A stretch of DNA of 64,000 nucleotides, from NCBI GenBank assembly GCA_965603825.1, contig CBFDEM010000011.1, positions 248,001-312,000 on the forward strand. Reading direction: 5' to 3'. This document shows positions 44,601 to 56,967 of this stretch, one piece after another. The stretch comes from Blepharisma stoltei ATCC 30299. Taxonomy: Eukaryota > Protista > Ciliophora. The notes below the pieces were generated by a model. The model saw only the letters and a list, made by a program, of their open reading frames with translations. It was not told the DNA's origin and did no database searches. Each line of letters opens with the position of its first letter. Within the stretch, counting starts at the first letter, position 1. The translations under genes and the position numbers were made by a program.

Positions 44601-45927
44601 TCCCTGAGATGTTGATAAGAGACTGATAGCTGTTAAGCATTAGCTGCAATAATGACTCATCTGTACAGTTAGAGACCATAATACTTAGTATAGGCAATAG
44701 TGGTTTTCATAATGCAGATAGCATTCCTTCTACAATGATTTGTTCAGGAAGCAAGGGAAACTGAGTCATTTCTCCTAAGGTAACCCCACTTTTTTCTGTT
44801 AGCATTGATAGGGAATCCACCCACTTATTAGTGATATCAGCAATAAGCTTTATTTTCGCTTTCAAATTTCCAGACAAATTTGGGTCATTATTTCTAGCAA
44901 AAGTTTCATGGCTGACTCTGCTCAACGTGTCAAGGATTTTTGTATACAAATTACCTTGCTCGAATATTTTTTTCAATAAACTTGCATTGCTTGTTATATT
45001 TGATAAAGCTTCTAAGCATGCTAATTGCTGCCACTCTTGAATCCTTCTGTTTTCAGCCAGCTTTGCAATAGATCCTATCATATCAAAGCCTTGCCCTGTT
45101 ATATCTACGACTAATACGGCACATCTGATACTTTTCCCTCCAATGCTTTCGTCAATATCTTCAACTAAATAATTTTGAAGCCAGCTACCTGAAACATGTT
45201 CCAAAATCTTCAAAAATTCTGGCAGTTTTTTAAATGATTCTTTAGAAAACTCCAAAACTCCGACCATCAGGCCAATTCCTTCACTTCTCATTTTTTGAGG
45301 GTCTCCATTTCAAAGTTTATGGCTTCCTCCTGCTAATTCTGTGATATTTCTGAATAACTTTAATGAGCTTTCAAATATTGATTTTGTCTCAAAGCTTTCT
45401 TTTCTTTCTTCTTGTGAGGCTGAAGCACAGAGTGTTAGCTTATCAAAGGAAACGTTGATTAATTGTCGCAATGTGGCAGATGCTGTATTTTTGACCAGGT
45501 TTGATCGGGAATTTTCTAAGACTATACAGAGTTTTCATATGTTGGAAATTAAATCTTCAGTCAAAATTATATGTTGAGGATTTAAAACAAGCATAAGGGT
45601 CTGCAAAGTTCGGAGTTGAACTGACTCATCAGAAGTCTCTTGGCCTACATTGGAGAGGAATTCTAATGCAGAGAGGATTGAGATGCTGTCAAGGATTTGA
45701 AAATTTAGCAGTCTTTGAAGGATTCCGATTGCTTGGACTTGCAACTTGGGTAAAGCTGACCCTCGTACAGATTCAATTGCTTTTAAAATTGGGTCGATTG
45801 GGACATTAGGTGATTGGCGGAGAGCTCCTATTGCACGCTCAACAGTTTCTTTTATGCCTGATTGACGCTTTTTAGCTTCATTTGCAAGAGCTCTTAAATC
45901 ATTTTCCAAGAGATCAGCTGCACTCAT
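41647..45927 (-). CDS. MON2: MON2 (Arf-GEF-like endosome/Golgi scaffold), about 1426 aa
   Basis: Five track ORFs lie in one frame separated only by TGA. DLRALANEAKKR...KE, LRTLQT, AREAFL.SL..FCLP, GFKCLQLIV.DFL, D.RPEVRHSA, HHSRDT.EKQW.ET, ELFP.LC.LI. Confidence 0.92.
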
Positions 45928-46469
45928 TTTATTAATTGAAATTGAAGAATTTAAATAATGTTGCAGCTTGAAGACAAAATTTAAATTAAATTTATAAAAG
46001 CAAAGATAATCTATTAGAGATTGATTTTTTATAATATGCAAAGAGCCACTAGTAAGAATGAGTAGAAATTATTTATTAATAAATAACACTGGCATTTTAA
46101 TATTTTTTAATAAAAAGTAAAGAGCAAATCTAAATACTTGCTCAGATCATGAATCTGCTTAATTTGTTTATCTTTATAAATATCACATTTGCATATAAGA
46201 AATAAATTTAAAATTATGATAATAATAAGTGCATAGTTATTTAAATCGTATAGCAAGTAAAAGTTTTATGCCACTAAATCTTTATTAGATTAATTTTGAT
46301 TAATTCAATTTTAATCAATTGTTACCTTTAATACACTCATAAGTTCTTAAGCACTTAAATTTGATAAATAGGCTCCAAATCTTACCAAAACCTTAATAAT
46401 TCTCATATAAAATAAAATTCATCATTTCTCTCTAAGAATTAAAAATACCTACCAAGAAATAATCATAAA

Positions 46470-47081
46470 ATGGACACTATCTTCGGGTTTGTAGGTGCAG
46501 ACTTTGCTCTATTAGGTGCTGATCGCTCAACCAATTTTTCTATAGTGAGGCTTACAGACACTGAAGACAAAATTTTTTCTCTAGACAACAACAAGCTTTT
46601 GGCAACAGCTGGGGATCCTAATCTTAGATCTGATTTCGGAAGTTTAATGCAGAAGAACGTTCATTTATATCATCTCCGAAATGGAGTCAAATTAAGCACT
46701 CATGGGACAGCAAATTTTATAAGAACAACAGTCGCAGAAGGGCTCAGAAAAAGTCCATCTTATACTGATATGCTATTAGCAGGCTTTGACGAAAGTGGAC
46801 CTTCACTTTATTATCTTGATTATTTAGGAGTAGTTCAAAAAATTCGTGTAGGATCCCACGGGCATGCTGGTTCTTTTATTCTTGGACTTTTAGATAATTG
46901 GTGGGGTCCTGTAAGTTTTATGTAGAATATCACTCTTGATGAAGCTAAAGAAATTGCGAAAAAATGCGTAAATGAAGTGAAAACTAGATTTTTAGTTGCA
47001 CAGCCAGAATTTATAATCAAAGTTGTGGATAGGGTAAGAAATATTTAGAATGGGATCACAGAATTAGATTTATCAGCTTAA
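46470..47081 (+). CDS. PSMB2: 20S proteasome beta-4 subunit (PSMB2/Pre1), 3 exons
   Basis: MDTIFG, EDKIF.L, F...QKN.HLY.LRNG..LS, LRKSP, LLAGFD..GPSLYYLDYLG. Two 15-nt introns extend it to KKCVNEVKTRF...IKVVDRNGI. Confidence 0.93.
46911..46925 (+). other. 15-nt intron GTAAGTTTTATGTAG
   Basis: GT-AG ends, A10. Removal continues the conserved proteasome sequence. Confidence 0.92.
47034..47048 (+). other. 15-nt intron GTAAGAAATATTTAG
   Basis: GT-AG ends, A10. Removal restores VVDR|NGI. Confidence 0.9.
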
Positions 47082-47221
47082 ATAAAGATATTACTTAAAA
47101 TCAAGTCTTAAAAAATATGGAAATTAAATATTGTTAAATTTAAACGACAAAAAAAATTCTGATAGAAATCTAAGAATCCTTCTAATATTTTATCTTTATA
47201 TTTGCCGCGAAAATATAAAAA

Positions 47222-49657
47222 ATGAGTGGTGATTTAGGCGCAAATTTCCAAGAGAATGATTTTATGAGCGGGCTCGAAGGGATTTCAAACATCGACCGAG
47301 AAACCCTAGACCAAGCCCAGCAGTTTTATACTTATTTTAAGCAGCATGATCCACATTGAAGCGAAACCAAAGCAAACAACGTCAAAAGGTGCTCAATTCT
47401 GGTAGCATCGAAATCTGTTATTCTTCATACAATTGATGGTGAAGAAATCAAAGGAGATATGCTAAGCCTATCTCAAATAATCCGTGCTTCTTCTAATGTT
47501 GATATGCACTCCATAGTACACCAACTCAAAGAGTTTGTTTCAATTGTAAAAATCCCTGACCCTCTGTTACAAGATATTCAAGGTCTAATGAAGAATTTTG
47601 CGATTTCTTCGTTAATTTATAAAAAATTCCAAGAAAAATGAAAGCAGCTAAATTTTCAAGGAGATGTTGATCATATTCATCAAATTTTTCAAACATCATG
47701 GCTGCTAATAATTACAGCTAGAGCTTACTTATTAAACCGAAGTGAAGATATTTTCCAATGCGGATGCTTAATTATTGGGGTATTAAACTTAGTCATTACG
47801 AATTTACCTCATTCAATAACAACAAGCTTGAACACAGAAATTTTGCCTAACCTTTGTTCGCTTTTTCAAGCACAAGTAGAGCAAGCCTTGCCGTGGCTGG
47901 AAAGCCTTAATCGATTTTTCGCAGATTTAAAGGCAAAAGGAGTTGTTAAAGCTAAAGGTGATAGCCAGACAAGGATTTTCTCAGAAAATGTGATAAACTT
48001 CAATATCACAAGCTTAGGAAACTATTATCAGAAATCAGTTCACCTCAATGATTTTGACGAAAGAGATCTATCAGGCCCTAGCACCAAAATAGCAACACCT
48101 ATGAAAAATCGAATAGGTTTGACTCCATTTACAAGGAGAGGAATCATTAAAAAAGGAATCACTGGAAGAACTCTCCACTGGGACGAAAATGAAAAAAAAA
48201 TCGACATAAATTCAAATTTGCGTGAAATTCCTGTCCCCACTTCGCCGTTTGTGATACCACCAACTCCTATGACTTCTGCTATGGAAATGAATTCCTGGCT
48301 TTCTAATGTGCTAGATGAAAACTACGAAAATGAGATGGAAGAAATTTGTGAAAGAATCAGCCCAGGACTGATTGATGAAGTTGAGTCAAGAGTGGATAGG
48401 CAAAGCCATATAATAGAAGAACTATTTGCAGAAAGAGGAGTTATTAGCATTAATGGGAATGACAGGGCTTTTATTGCGCAATATTTCGAAGCAGCTGAAG
48501 GATTATTGGCACCTACGGCCCCAAAAAGAAATCATAAAGTGCAAGAAATTAGAAAACTATATGAGTTCTTTTTATTTAAAATGGTAAAAGAGCAAGAAGA
48601 AAACAAATCAGGCCCTGAAAATGTCACAGAAATAATGAAAAATGATACATTCCACCAATCACTTTATGCATGTTGCTTAGAGTCAATTTTATACTCCTAT
48701 AATGTCACTTCTATTTCTTTCGATGAAGTTTTGCTCTATACTAATGTGCTGCCTTTTGAGTTTTGGAAGCAAATCAATAAATTTGGAACAATTGATAAAA
48801 CTATGCCACTGCAGCTGAAAAGGCACTTCAAAGAAATCGAAGTAAAAATTTTGTCCCAGCTGGCGTGGAGAGAAAATAGCCCTGTTTATAAAGTAATTAA
48901 ACAAGTAATCGCAAATGATGGGTTAGCTGATATAAAACATCAATCATTTGATATGTTTTTTAGAAGGTTTTTAAACCAAGCTGCCCAAAAGGTTTTAGAT
49001 ATAACAGCCTCACTGAATCTAGTTGAAGAAGTTAAGGAAAAAATTTGGAAAACAATAAAATTCTTGTTAAGTGAAAAAACCGAAATTTTAATAAACAGGC
49101 ATCTTGATCAGCTTATTTTGTGTACAATCTATGGGGTTTGCAAATTATCCGCATGCCCAATGGTCTTCAGAACTCTTGTAGATAAATATAGCACTATTTA
49201 TAACGAAGAAGAAGGACTGTTTAATCATGTTTATATTGATTCTGAGCATAATGAAGATATCATTAAATTTTATAACAAAATTTATTTGCCTGAAATGAAA
49301 GATTATTTAAGAACCAATTGCTTTATGGAGATACCCAGAATTGGGCAACTCTGTCCAGAAAGCCCGCTAAGAGCAAGTATCCCTACTCCTCAGTTTGTTC
49401 CGCCTACTTTAGGAGTCACTACAATGATTTCTCCTATTAGATCTCCTTATCTAACTCCCAGAACTAAAACATTGTTCGCCACACTTGAATCTCCTGCACA
49501 AGACAATAAAGGCGTCAGTCTTGTAATTCCTCAAAAATCATCAAGAGAGCTTGATTTCGACAGAAACGGGCCCACAAAGAAATTAAAAGTTTTCGCCCAA
49601 ATTTTTGATAAACCTGAAAGCGAAAGTCTTGCTATGCCTTCTTTGAAAAAAGAATAA
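47222..49657 (+). CDS. Retinoblastoma-family pocket protein (RB/p107-like), about 811 aa
   Basis: Extended 5' via two TGA. N-terminal LSLSQIIR and W.L....R; pocket A TPMTSAM...WL, FHQSLYACCLE, F.F.K.I, L.RHF..IE.KIL..LAW...SP; pocket B FFR, IW........E.L.NRHLDQLILCTIYGVCK, DIIKFYN; many S/T-P sites. Confidence 0.9.
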
Positions 49658-49782
49658 ATTAATAGCATGCAAATAGATGATATTTATAAGTTTAATTAGC
49701 AATATTATAAAACTTTCTTATGCGTATAATAAAATGGCTTTTTGAAGGCTTTTATCCAAGGTTTATTTTATAATTATTTAAT

Positions 49783-50214
49783 ATGTCATCATTTTGGGCA
49801 CAAAAATCAATCACTCTTAGAGGAAAACGAAGAGGATGCCATCTCATCACAGATGAAATTTTATCTGCAGTCAATGAAGAGCTCTCTTCTATCAGAGTAG
49901 GAATCCTCTATCTATTTTGTGCCCATACATCATGCTCCTTATCTTTAAATGAGAATTATGATCCTGACGTAAGAAAAGATTTTGAAGACGGATTAAACCG
50001 AATTGTTCCTGAAGAAGCAAAGTATAGACATACAACGGAAGGAAGAGATGACATGCCTGCACATTTGAAGACTTCTTTAGTTGGATCTTCTCATTTTATT
50101 CCTATTTCTAATGGGAGATTGATGCTAGGAACTTGGCAAGGAATTTATTTTTGTGAGCATAGAAATAGTCCATCGAACAGAGAGATTGTGATTACTATAA
50201 ATGGATCTACATAA
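49783..50214 (+). CDS. YjbQ/UPF0047 family protein
   Basis: RGCHLITDEI, HTSCSLSLNENYDPDVR.D, H..EG.DDMPAHLK.SL.G, LGTWQGIYFCEHR. Confidence 0.93.
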   Translation: MSSFWAQKSITLRGKRRGCHLITDEILSAVNEELSSIRVGILYLFCAHTSCSLSLNENYDPDVRKDFEDGLNRIVPEEAKYRHTTEGRDDMPAHLKTSLVGSSHFIPISNGRLMLGTWQGIYFCEHRNSPSNREIVITINGST

Positions 50215-50297
50215 GTAATTAAAAATTTTAAATAAAATAGATGATCTTTAGTGAATTTGCTATAGGTTATTAATTGAATAAATATTAATTATGCTAG

Positions 50298-50660
50298 TTA
50301 TGAATCAGATATTCTCTTGCCTAAATTAACTGAATCCTTTTTTAAGACATGCAATAGGGTTTGAGAGCTTTCAAGAATTTTCATATAAGCTGCTTCAGTT
50401 TCTTGAATAGTTCTATCATATTCATTCCTTGTTTGATGTTTTTTATTCAAGCTTTCTACATATTTGCTACCATTAACTTTTCCTAGTTTTTCGCTAAGCC
50501 CGGCAAGTTGCAATTCAAGTGTGCTTTTTTCTTGCCTAATTTGTTCAATTTTCAGATCCAGTTCTGATTTTTGTTCTTTTAGCTCTTCCAAATACACTGC
50601 AAGCTGATTGTTGCAGCTTTGCAAAGACGCTCCCTAATTTATTTATACCTGAGAAGTCAT
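50298..50660 (-). CDS. SSNA1: SSNA1/NA14/DIP13 microtubule-associated coiled-coil protein
   Basis: MTSQ|[11 protein letters not shown]...[33 protein letters not shown]. Introns at 50634-50648 and 50456-50470. Confidence 0.93.
50456..50470 (-). other. 15-nt stop-free in-frame intron GTAGCAAATATGTAG
   Basis: GT-AG ends, A10. Removal gives KVNESL, matching the SSNA1 coiled coil; retention inserts GSKYV. Confidence 0.8.
50634..50648 (-). other. 15-nt intron GTATAAATAAATTAG
   Basis: GT-AG ends, A10. Removes in-frame stops and restores MTSQGASLQ. Confidence 0.92.
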
Positions 50661-50688
50661 TTAATTATAATCAAATTACTATAAAAAG

Positions 50689-51626
50689 TTATACCAAAAT
50701 TGCCTAAATATTTTTTTACTTCAAAAAGCGTTTGGTGAGACTTAAAAACCATGCCATTATAGATCTCGAAGTCTTCATTTAAATACAGTCACGTTCCATT
50801 TGTGCTAGATCTTTGAGTATCTATATCTCCGTCCCCCAGTGTTCACCCAGAAATTGGATTATAGTAAATTGTGCATTGAATTTTTGATAATAAAGGATCA
50901 TCAATTTTTAAATTGCAGCTCATATGTCGCCCAATCCTGATAATTGAATCAATTTCTCTATAACTTTTTATTTCTCCTGCTACGTTCCCACCATAAACTT
51001 TTAAAATTAATCTTACTGAATGCTCTGTGTTCTGCTTAAGTAAATTTATAACTATAAAACTTTCCCCAATGTTTATCAGCATGTTGTTTTTTAATATCTA
51101 TAATAAAGTTTACAAGTGCATAATCAAGCTTTACAAATACCCCAAATCCTTTTGCAAGATCTCGAATTCAGTAAGAATCTTTATCAATTTTATAAAAAAT
51201 CACAAAATTTCTACCTCTGTTATTGTCTTCCATTTCTCTGTCTTTTAAAGGAATCACAAAATCATTGACAATCTGAGATTTTAGCTTTTTTTTGCAGCCA
51301 AAAAATGTAAATCCATCATAAGCATTTCTAAGAGATCCAACCAATCCTGTAGGCTTAAAGGTCAAAATAGATCCTTTTGTAAGATTTTCAGAATTTAAAA
51401 CCTTTAGTTGTAAAGCTTTTCCATTAGTAAGTGCTTGCAATTGGGCTTTTTTAGCATCAATATTACTCATATCAATGTCAATATTTGAAATAATTGAGGA
51501 AAATAGATCAGAAGGTCTTTGAAATGAATTCCTTGAGTTAGTTTTGTTTTTTGCTGCATATAAAGAAATTTCGCTGTTCCTGTTTGTTGAATTTGCATCA
51601 CAGCAGCCGAAGACATTATTTCCCAT
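50689..51626 (-). CDS. Tandem FHA-domain protein with predicted N-acylation (MGNNVFGCC), 3 exons
   Basis: YWIRDL.KGFGVF, IRIGR...C...IDD.LLSKIQC.I.Y....W.L.DG.....STNGTW (both W are TGA). Two 16-nt introns. Confidence 0.85.
50704..50719 (-). other. 16-nt intron GTAAAAAAATATTTAG
   Basis: GT-AG ends, T10/A11 (A at -6), phase 0, yields ...LFE|AILV*. Confidence 0.7.
51098..51113 (-). other. 16-nt intron GTAAACTTTATTATAG
   Basis: GT-AG ends. Needed to join the 51168-51626 and 50843-51082 frames. Confidence 0.85.
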
Positions 51627-51654
51627 TTAAAATTTAAGCAATTAAAGACTGTAA

Positions 51655-52149
51655 TTAAGGTAATATAAGGTAGGTTCGTAGCTGTTGCTCTCCTGTGTCT
51701 TTCAATTGTTTTCGGAAGCCAAAATTGGGGCTAACACAGCTTCTTTTTGAGGAAACTCTATCAAATGCTTGATAGAAATCTATTAAATGCTTCCCCATTA
51801 GATAGGCAATTACAATTGATGAGCTTCGGGATATCCCTGCTGCACAGTGAACAAGGACATTTTCGCCTGCTGATAAGTGCTGATGAATAAATTGGAGAGC
51901 TGATGGTAAATGTTTAGCTAAATCTTGGTAAGGATTATCCCAAATTTCAACGAAATGATAAGTTATTCAATCAAATCTTTCTGTGTATTGGCTTTCTAAG
52001 GCTTGGACTATATATTTGATATTGTGTGCCCTGAGCAGTTCCTCACACTCTGCAGCTCTCATACATCCAAGATACAAGCCTTGCTCAATTTCATGCATAG
52101 GCTCGTAATAAAACCCAAAATAGTTGTTTGCTTCATCAAGATCTACCAT
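51655..52149 (-). CDS. Atypical dual-specificity protein phosphatase
   Basis: Read through TGA 51967: GLYLG, WDNP, VLVHCAAGISRSSSIVIAYLM, R..V.PN.GF..QL. Confidence 0.93.
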
Positions 52150-52979
52150 TTTAAATGTTTTAAGAGATAAAAGTTTGAACAAATTTAAATGAATTGTTCA
52201 TATTTTTATATAAGTTTAAACATTTATTGAGTTACCTCAAAAATGGCATTTGCTTGATCACCAGTAAAGCAGGTTAATGCCTAATTTAAAATTCTGAGCA
52301 TGTGTATTATAGCTTATCCATTAAAGAGAAGCAAATTAATTCTTCTGAAAGTTTAATTTTGAATTTCATCCATAAAAATATATTTTTTATTGTAAAATAA
52401 ATTACATAAAAAAGATTAAGCACTATTTATTTATATATTTACAAATAAGAAAGCTCTAATTGTGGTAAAAGTAAACTAAAAGCTATTTCTTGGGCTTAGA
52501 TTAATCCAATCAAAAGGGAAATCATGGACATTTTTGTTCAAAATGATTGTTGATTAAATAATGATGGATCATTAAGAAATAATATGAATAAATCTAAGAA
52601 ACATTGGCAATCGTTATAGAAATCATAAAATTTTGCTTTATTATGCTAAAAGCTTTTTTATTCTCACGAAATTAAAATAAAAGATACTAATGAGTATGAT
52701 TTCGTTCTAGATTTAAATTTTTTGGTTATAAGCTAAAATTTTAAATTTTATGATAAACTGCTGCTATCAGGCTTAATGACTGTTCACATATTTAATATCT
52801 AAAAATTAAAATTTTTCAAACCCTAGCTGCAAAGCTGAAACCACTAATCTACCCTTTGAAAATTTCTCCACAATATTCCTAACGAATTTTTCTTTCTAGT
52901 TTCAGAAACTCCTATCCTTAATTAGCATTAATTATAGCTGTTCTACTCTATTGAACAGGCTTTTTATAATCACACAGCT

Positions 52980-53207
52980 TTAATTACTTGTGTTGGACCT
53001 ATCAGGAGTAGAAATGAAAGCCACTGTAATCCGATAGGTGCTACCCTTGATTTCAAAGTTGAAAGGAGGACCGTTTTCGTTTGAACTTAGCTTAAGCTCT
53101 TTGTTAATCAATGGTGAAGAAACAAAGTGCTCTTGGAGAGAGGTATCTCCTTCCTCTTCATGCATGGTTTTACTCTTGAACGTTTTGGATGGTAATCCGC
53201 AACCCAT
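52980..53207 (-). CDS. MGCG microprotein family, copy 1 (75 aa)
   Basis: MGCGLPSK...EEEGDTSL...FEIKGSTYRITV...STPDRS; paralogous to seven neighbours. Confidence 0.85.
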   Translation of the reverse strand: MGCGLPSKTFKSKTMHEEEGDTSLQEHFVSSPLINKELKLSSNENGPPFNFEIKGSTYRITVAFISTPDRSNTSN

Positions 53208-54126
53208 TATTATTGGTCAAATTATAAAATGTATGACCATTTTAATTTTCGAATATCATGTGAAAATAAATTTTCTTTTAGATAAGGCCTTATTACTAAT
53301 TTTTGCTAGTATGGAAATATTATCGTGTGAATTGAAATAATGAGAGCTTTAGGAAGGCAGTTTCAAAGTATTTTTATTACACAATTTAAATGTGATTCTT
53401 TAGGGTTCACTACCTTATACGGAATCACTGAAAGAGATTTATGAGGTTTTGACGATCGTAGAACAAAAGGAAACTATCCACTAGTTATTAGTGGTTCAAA
53501 TAGAACTCTGATTTTGACAGAAGGAAATTTAACTTCAAAAGGTCGTGAAATGAGACAATTTATTGTTGTTCAGAGCTGAGACTGCTTTAGTCTATGACAA
53601 AAATAAAACACGAAATTTAAAGTTTTAATAAGAAAAATCTAGGCTTTAACTTAAATTTTTGATATTTAATATTAGAAGAGGCTTTTATAATATTTTGCAT
53701 TTTTCACAGATAAATCAATAGAAAAAGTTGAAGCTCACTTATTTGAAATTTAACAGTTAATGTTTGAATACCTAAATCAATATTCTTAAAGAATTAATTT
53801 TCACTTAGTAAATACTTTTTAATAGCTTAATTATTTATACCCTGAATAGAGAAAGAAACAGCTAATAATACTCAAATATCTTCAAATTAACTTATAGATT
53901 ATAAATTCTCTTGCAAATTGCAAAAAATGTCTAATAATAACTAAAATAGAATTCAAATATTTTATAATTATAATTTTGAGAATTGAAACAGAATTCTCAT
54001 AAACAATAGAAATAAAAATTTCAAATTTTTTTATCTAAGTTTAAAAATCAAATTTTTATTATAATTCAGTTAATATATTAATTATAAACATACTGAATTG
54101 TTTGTGTGTAAATAATATACATCATT

Positions 54127-54351
54127 TTAGTGAAATACTTGAGATCGATCAGGTGTTTTAACCATTGCAACAACTATCCTATAAGGTGTTCCATGTATTT
54201 TGTACGTTAGGTCTGATTGTGTAAAATCTGTTATCATTTTCTTCTTATATTGATTTAAATTGATGTTTGAATAGTGAAGAAGAGACGTGTCTCCTTCCTC
54301 TTCGAGGCTTTTATTAATTCTGAACGCTTTTTGTGGAGCTCCACAACCCAT
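54127..54351 (-). CDS. MGCG microprotein family, copy 2 (74 aa)
   Basis: MGCGAPQK...EEEGDTSL...YKIHGTPYRIVV...KTPDRS. Confidence 0.85.
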   Translation of the reverse strand: MGCGAPQKAFRINKSLEEEGDTSLLHYSNINLNQYKKKMITDFTQSDLTYKIHGTPYRIVVAMVKTPDRSQVFH

Positions 54352-55664
54352 TTACGCTTTTAATAATTATAAAGTTAATATAAATCTGGCCAGATTATAC
54401 GCTGTGATTTCAAAGCCATTTTCTGGAATTCTCTTAAATTTCAAAACGTCCACCATAATCAGTAAAAAAGAAATTTTATTTTTTATATTTCTCATATATG
54501 TAACATATATATGCAATAGCTATTTAGCAAGTAAAAATCGTGTGGATCATTTTATGACATATTGGGCTGACCAAAATAATTATTATTGGAAAAATTAACT
54601 AAGACAGAACTAGCCGGGCACAAGAAGAATAATATTTATAAAGCATTAGGCGAAGTAGACTTATGCTTTTTAAATATAAATTATCATCAGGAAAATTAAG
54701 AAAACTTTTTTTATGAGCTCAATTTAATAATTAAGAATGAAAAAATTAAAATTCAAAAAAATATAGCAGCTAAATTCAGTAATATTACATAACTTACTTA
54801 ATTTGTTGATAATTCAAAATAAGCCTTACGGCTTACTCATTTAAGACATCTAACTCTAAAAGCTTTTTATTATGAAGACACTATTATTGAATTTTAATTA
54901 TTTTAACTTTATTTATTGTATTGGAAAAATAAATGGATTCATAAACTAGCCATATTTTTTGATTCTTTTATATTTAATAGCTTATGATTTATAGCTTAAA
55001 GAAAAATAAGCACTTTTTACATCTCTTTCAAAATAAATAATTAAAAAGTTCAACGGACTGTGTATAAGTTTTATTCAAGTAATTAAATTTTAAGTAAGAC
55101 TAAGATATTTCTTCTTTAAGTTTAATTTGCTCGTGATAAATCAGGCAATAAATTTAATTTCTTTTATATATAGAAAAAAATCTAATTGAAATAAATATAA
55201 ATAAGAGCACTTGGATCATTAAGCCTCTAAATTCTTAAAAAGCGCATAAGAAAGATAAAAATAAATTTTAGTATTTTTTTGACTGACATTTTTATACGAT
55301 CAATCACTTAAATTTTGATTTGGTATTCCACCATACTCACCAATTTTTATTGCAAAGCCAATTCTTCTTTCATTAAGAGAGAGGTTCCCAATAGAATAAA
55401 TCTGTGAAATTGGAGCTATATAGATTTTTAAATGAATTACCATGGTAAGGAATTTTTATTTTAAAATTCAAAGTATCTAAAATATAAATTTTTTGCCTCT
55501 GAGTAAAGAATTTTTAAAAATTAATTCAAGCTGATAGTAAAATTTTATGTTTTTTGGCAAAATTTCTCAAAAATACCTTTTTTTTATTGATGCTAACTAA
55601 TTTACATCAAAAAATTAGATTAATTGAAGTTTTGTCTAATTGACTTATATAGTGTATCACATCC

Positions 55665-55889
55665 CTAAGACATCACTAAAGATTTTTCAGGGGTGGAAAT
55701 AAGTTCCACAGTAATTCTATACTTCGCTCCGTGAACTGTATAGTTAAAAGAGCTTTCAGCGGGATGGAAAAATTTATGTTGTGTGTAAAATGATGATGAA
55801 TTGTCGGGGTGGTCTCTAAGAGATGTGTCTTCATCTTCCTCTTGCTCTTTCTTGCTATTGACTCTTTTTGATGGTAATCCGCAGCCCAT
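55665..55889 (-). CDS. MGCG microprotein family, copy 3 (74 aa)
   Basis: MGCGLPSK...EEDEDTSL...YTVHGAKYRITV...STPEKS. Confidence 0.85.
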   Translation of the reverse strand: MGCGLPSKRVNSKKEQEEDEDTSLRDHPDNSSSFYTQHKFFHPAESSFNYTVHGAKYRITVELISTPEKSLVMS

Positions 55890-56967
55890 TGTTTAATTAA
55901 TTATTGTATAAATTATTGCCATTTATTAATCGACACATTTCTGAGTTATTTTTATCCTTATCGTTGACGAAATTATAATTATTTTGCCTATTTATTATGG
56001 AATATTTTCCCTTTTATTTTATATTTATGTGATTAGCATTTTTAAACTTTTCATTAATTAGTAAAAATTAAAATAGTAAAGCTAAATTCATTCGCATATG
56101 ACTAGATAAATTAGTTTTTAAATTAATTAGGGGAAATTTTAGGCTAAAATGGATTAAAGTAATTCTTAAAATAATAGAAATATTTACTCAGACCGTTAAA
56201 TTGGGACCAAAATTCTGTTCAAATTTAAAGGGTTATCTTTTTTAAACAAATAGATTTTTTGCCTGATTTTAAATTATTATTAGTCTCTTGTAATCTATTT
56301 CATCTTTTTTCATAGGTAAATATTTTTATTGAAGTAACGCTTTAGCTTCCAGCAGGTAAAAAGTTCAAATATTTTTTTCTATTCGTATCTGGGCTTAAGG
56401 ATTATTATCATTCAATGTACATTCGTAAAGAGTTTTAACTCTTTTGGATAAATCACTATTTACTTTATTTTCTTACTTCTTCAAAGTAACTCTCAAATAA
56501 CTTTTTGCCCAAGCACAAAAATAAGCAATCTAACTATCAAGAAAATTTTGGATATTTATACTTAAACACTCAATTAAACTTCTAATTTTTTCTATTGCAA
56601 TCAATTGAAGATGGGAAATGTAACTGCTTTTTACTTTTGAATGAAAACAATTTTATAGATCCTAATAAAGTAGGTATCTAATAGAGATAGCAAAAGATAA
56701 AAAATTACAATTATGGCATTTCAAATCTTCTTGAAAATAAAATTTTTATCTAGATAAAAGCTTATCCACACATAGGAATTTGAATGAAAATGTAAGAAGA
56801 AATAAAAAATTGTACAATTTTCAATAAATATCAATAAAAATTAGCCTATTCTTGTACGTCATAAAACTAAGTATACTGAGAATGCTTTCATTTATATATA
56901 CGCCAATAATGATGTTTAGAAAAAGCTTTATAGAATATCTTAGTCAATTTATCAAAAGTTTAATTTA

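Noticed and set aside
41647-45927. Fragmented ORFs (MON2, lipases, DONSON, DTW, Kelch, RB) as pseudogenes or selenoproteins
   Set aside because: All breaks are in-frame TGA; those at conserved positions are Trp sites rather than Cys sites. They are explained by the genetic code.
54820-54835. Small hairpin TAAGCC-TTAC-GGCTTA in an array spacer
   Set aside because: A 6-bp stem not repeated in other spacers; compatible with chance.
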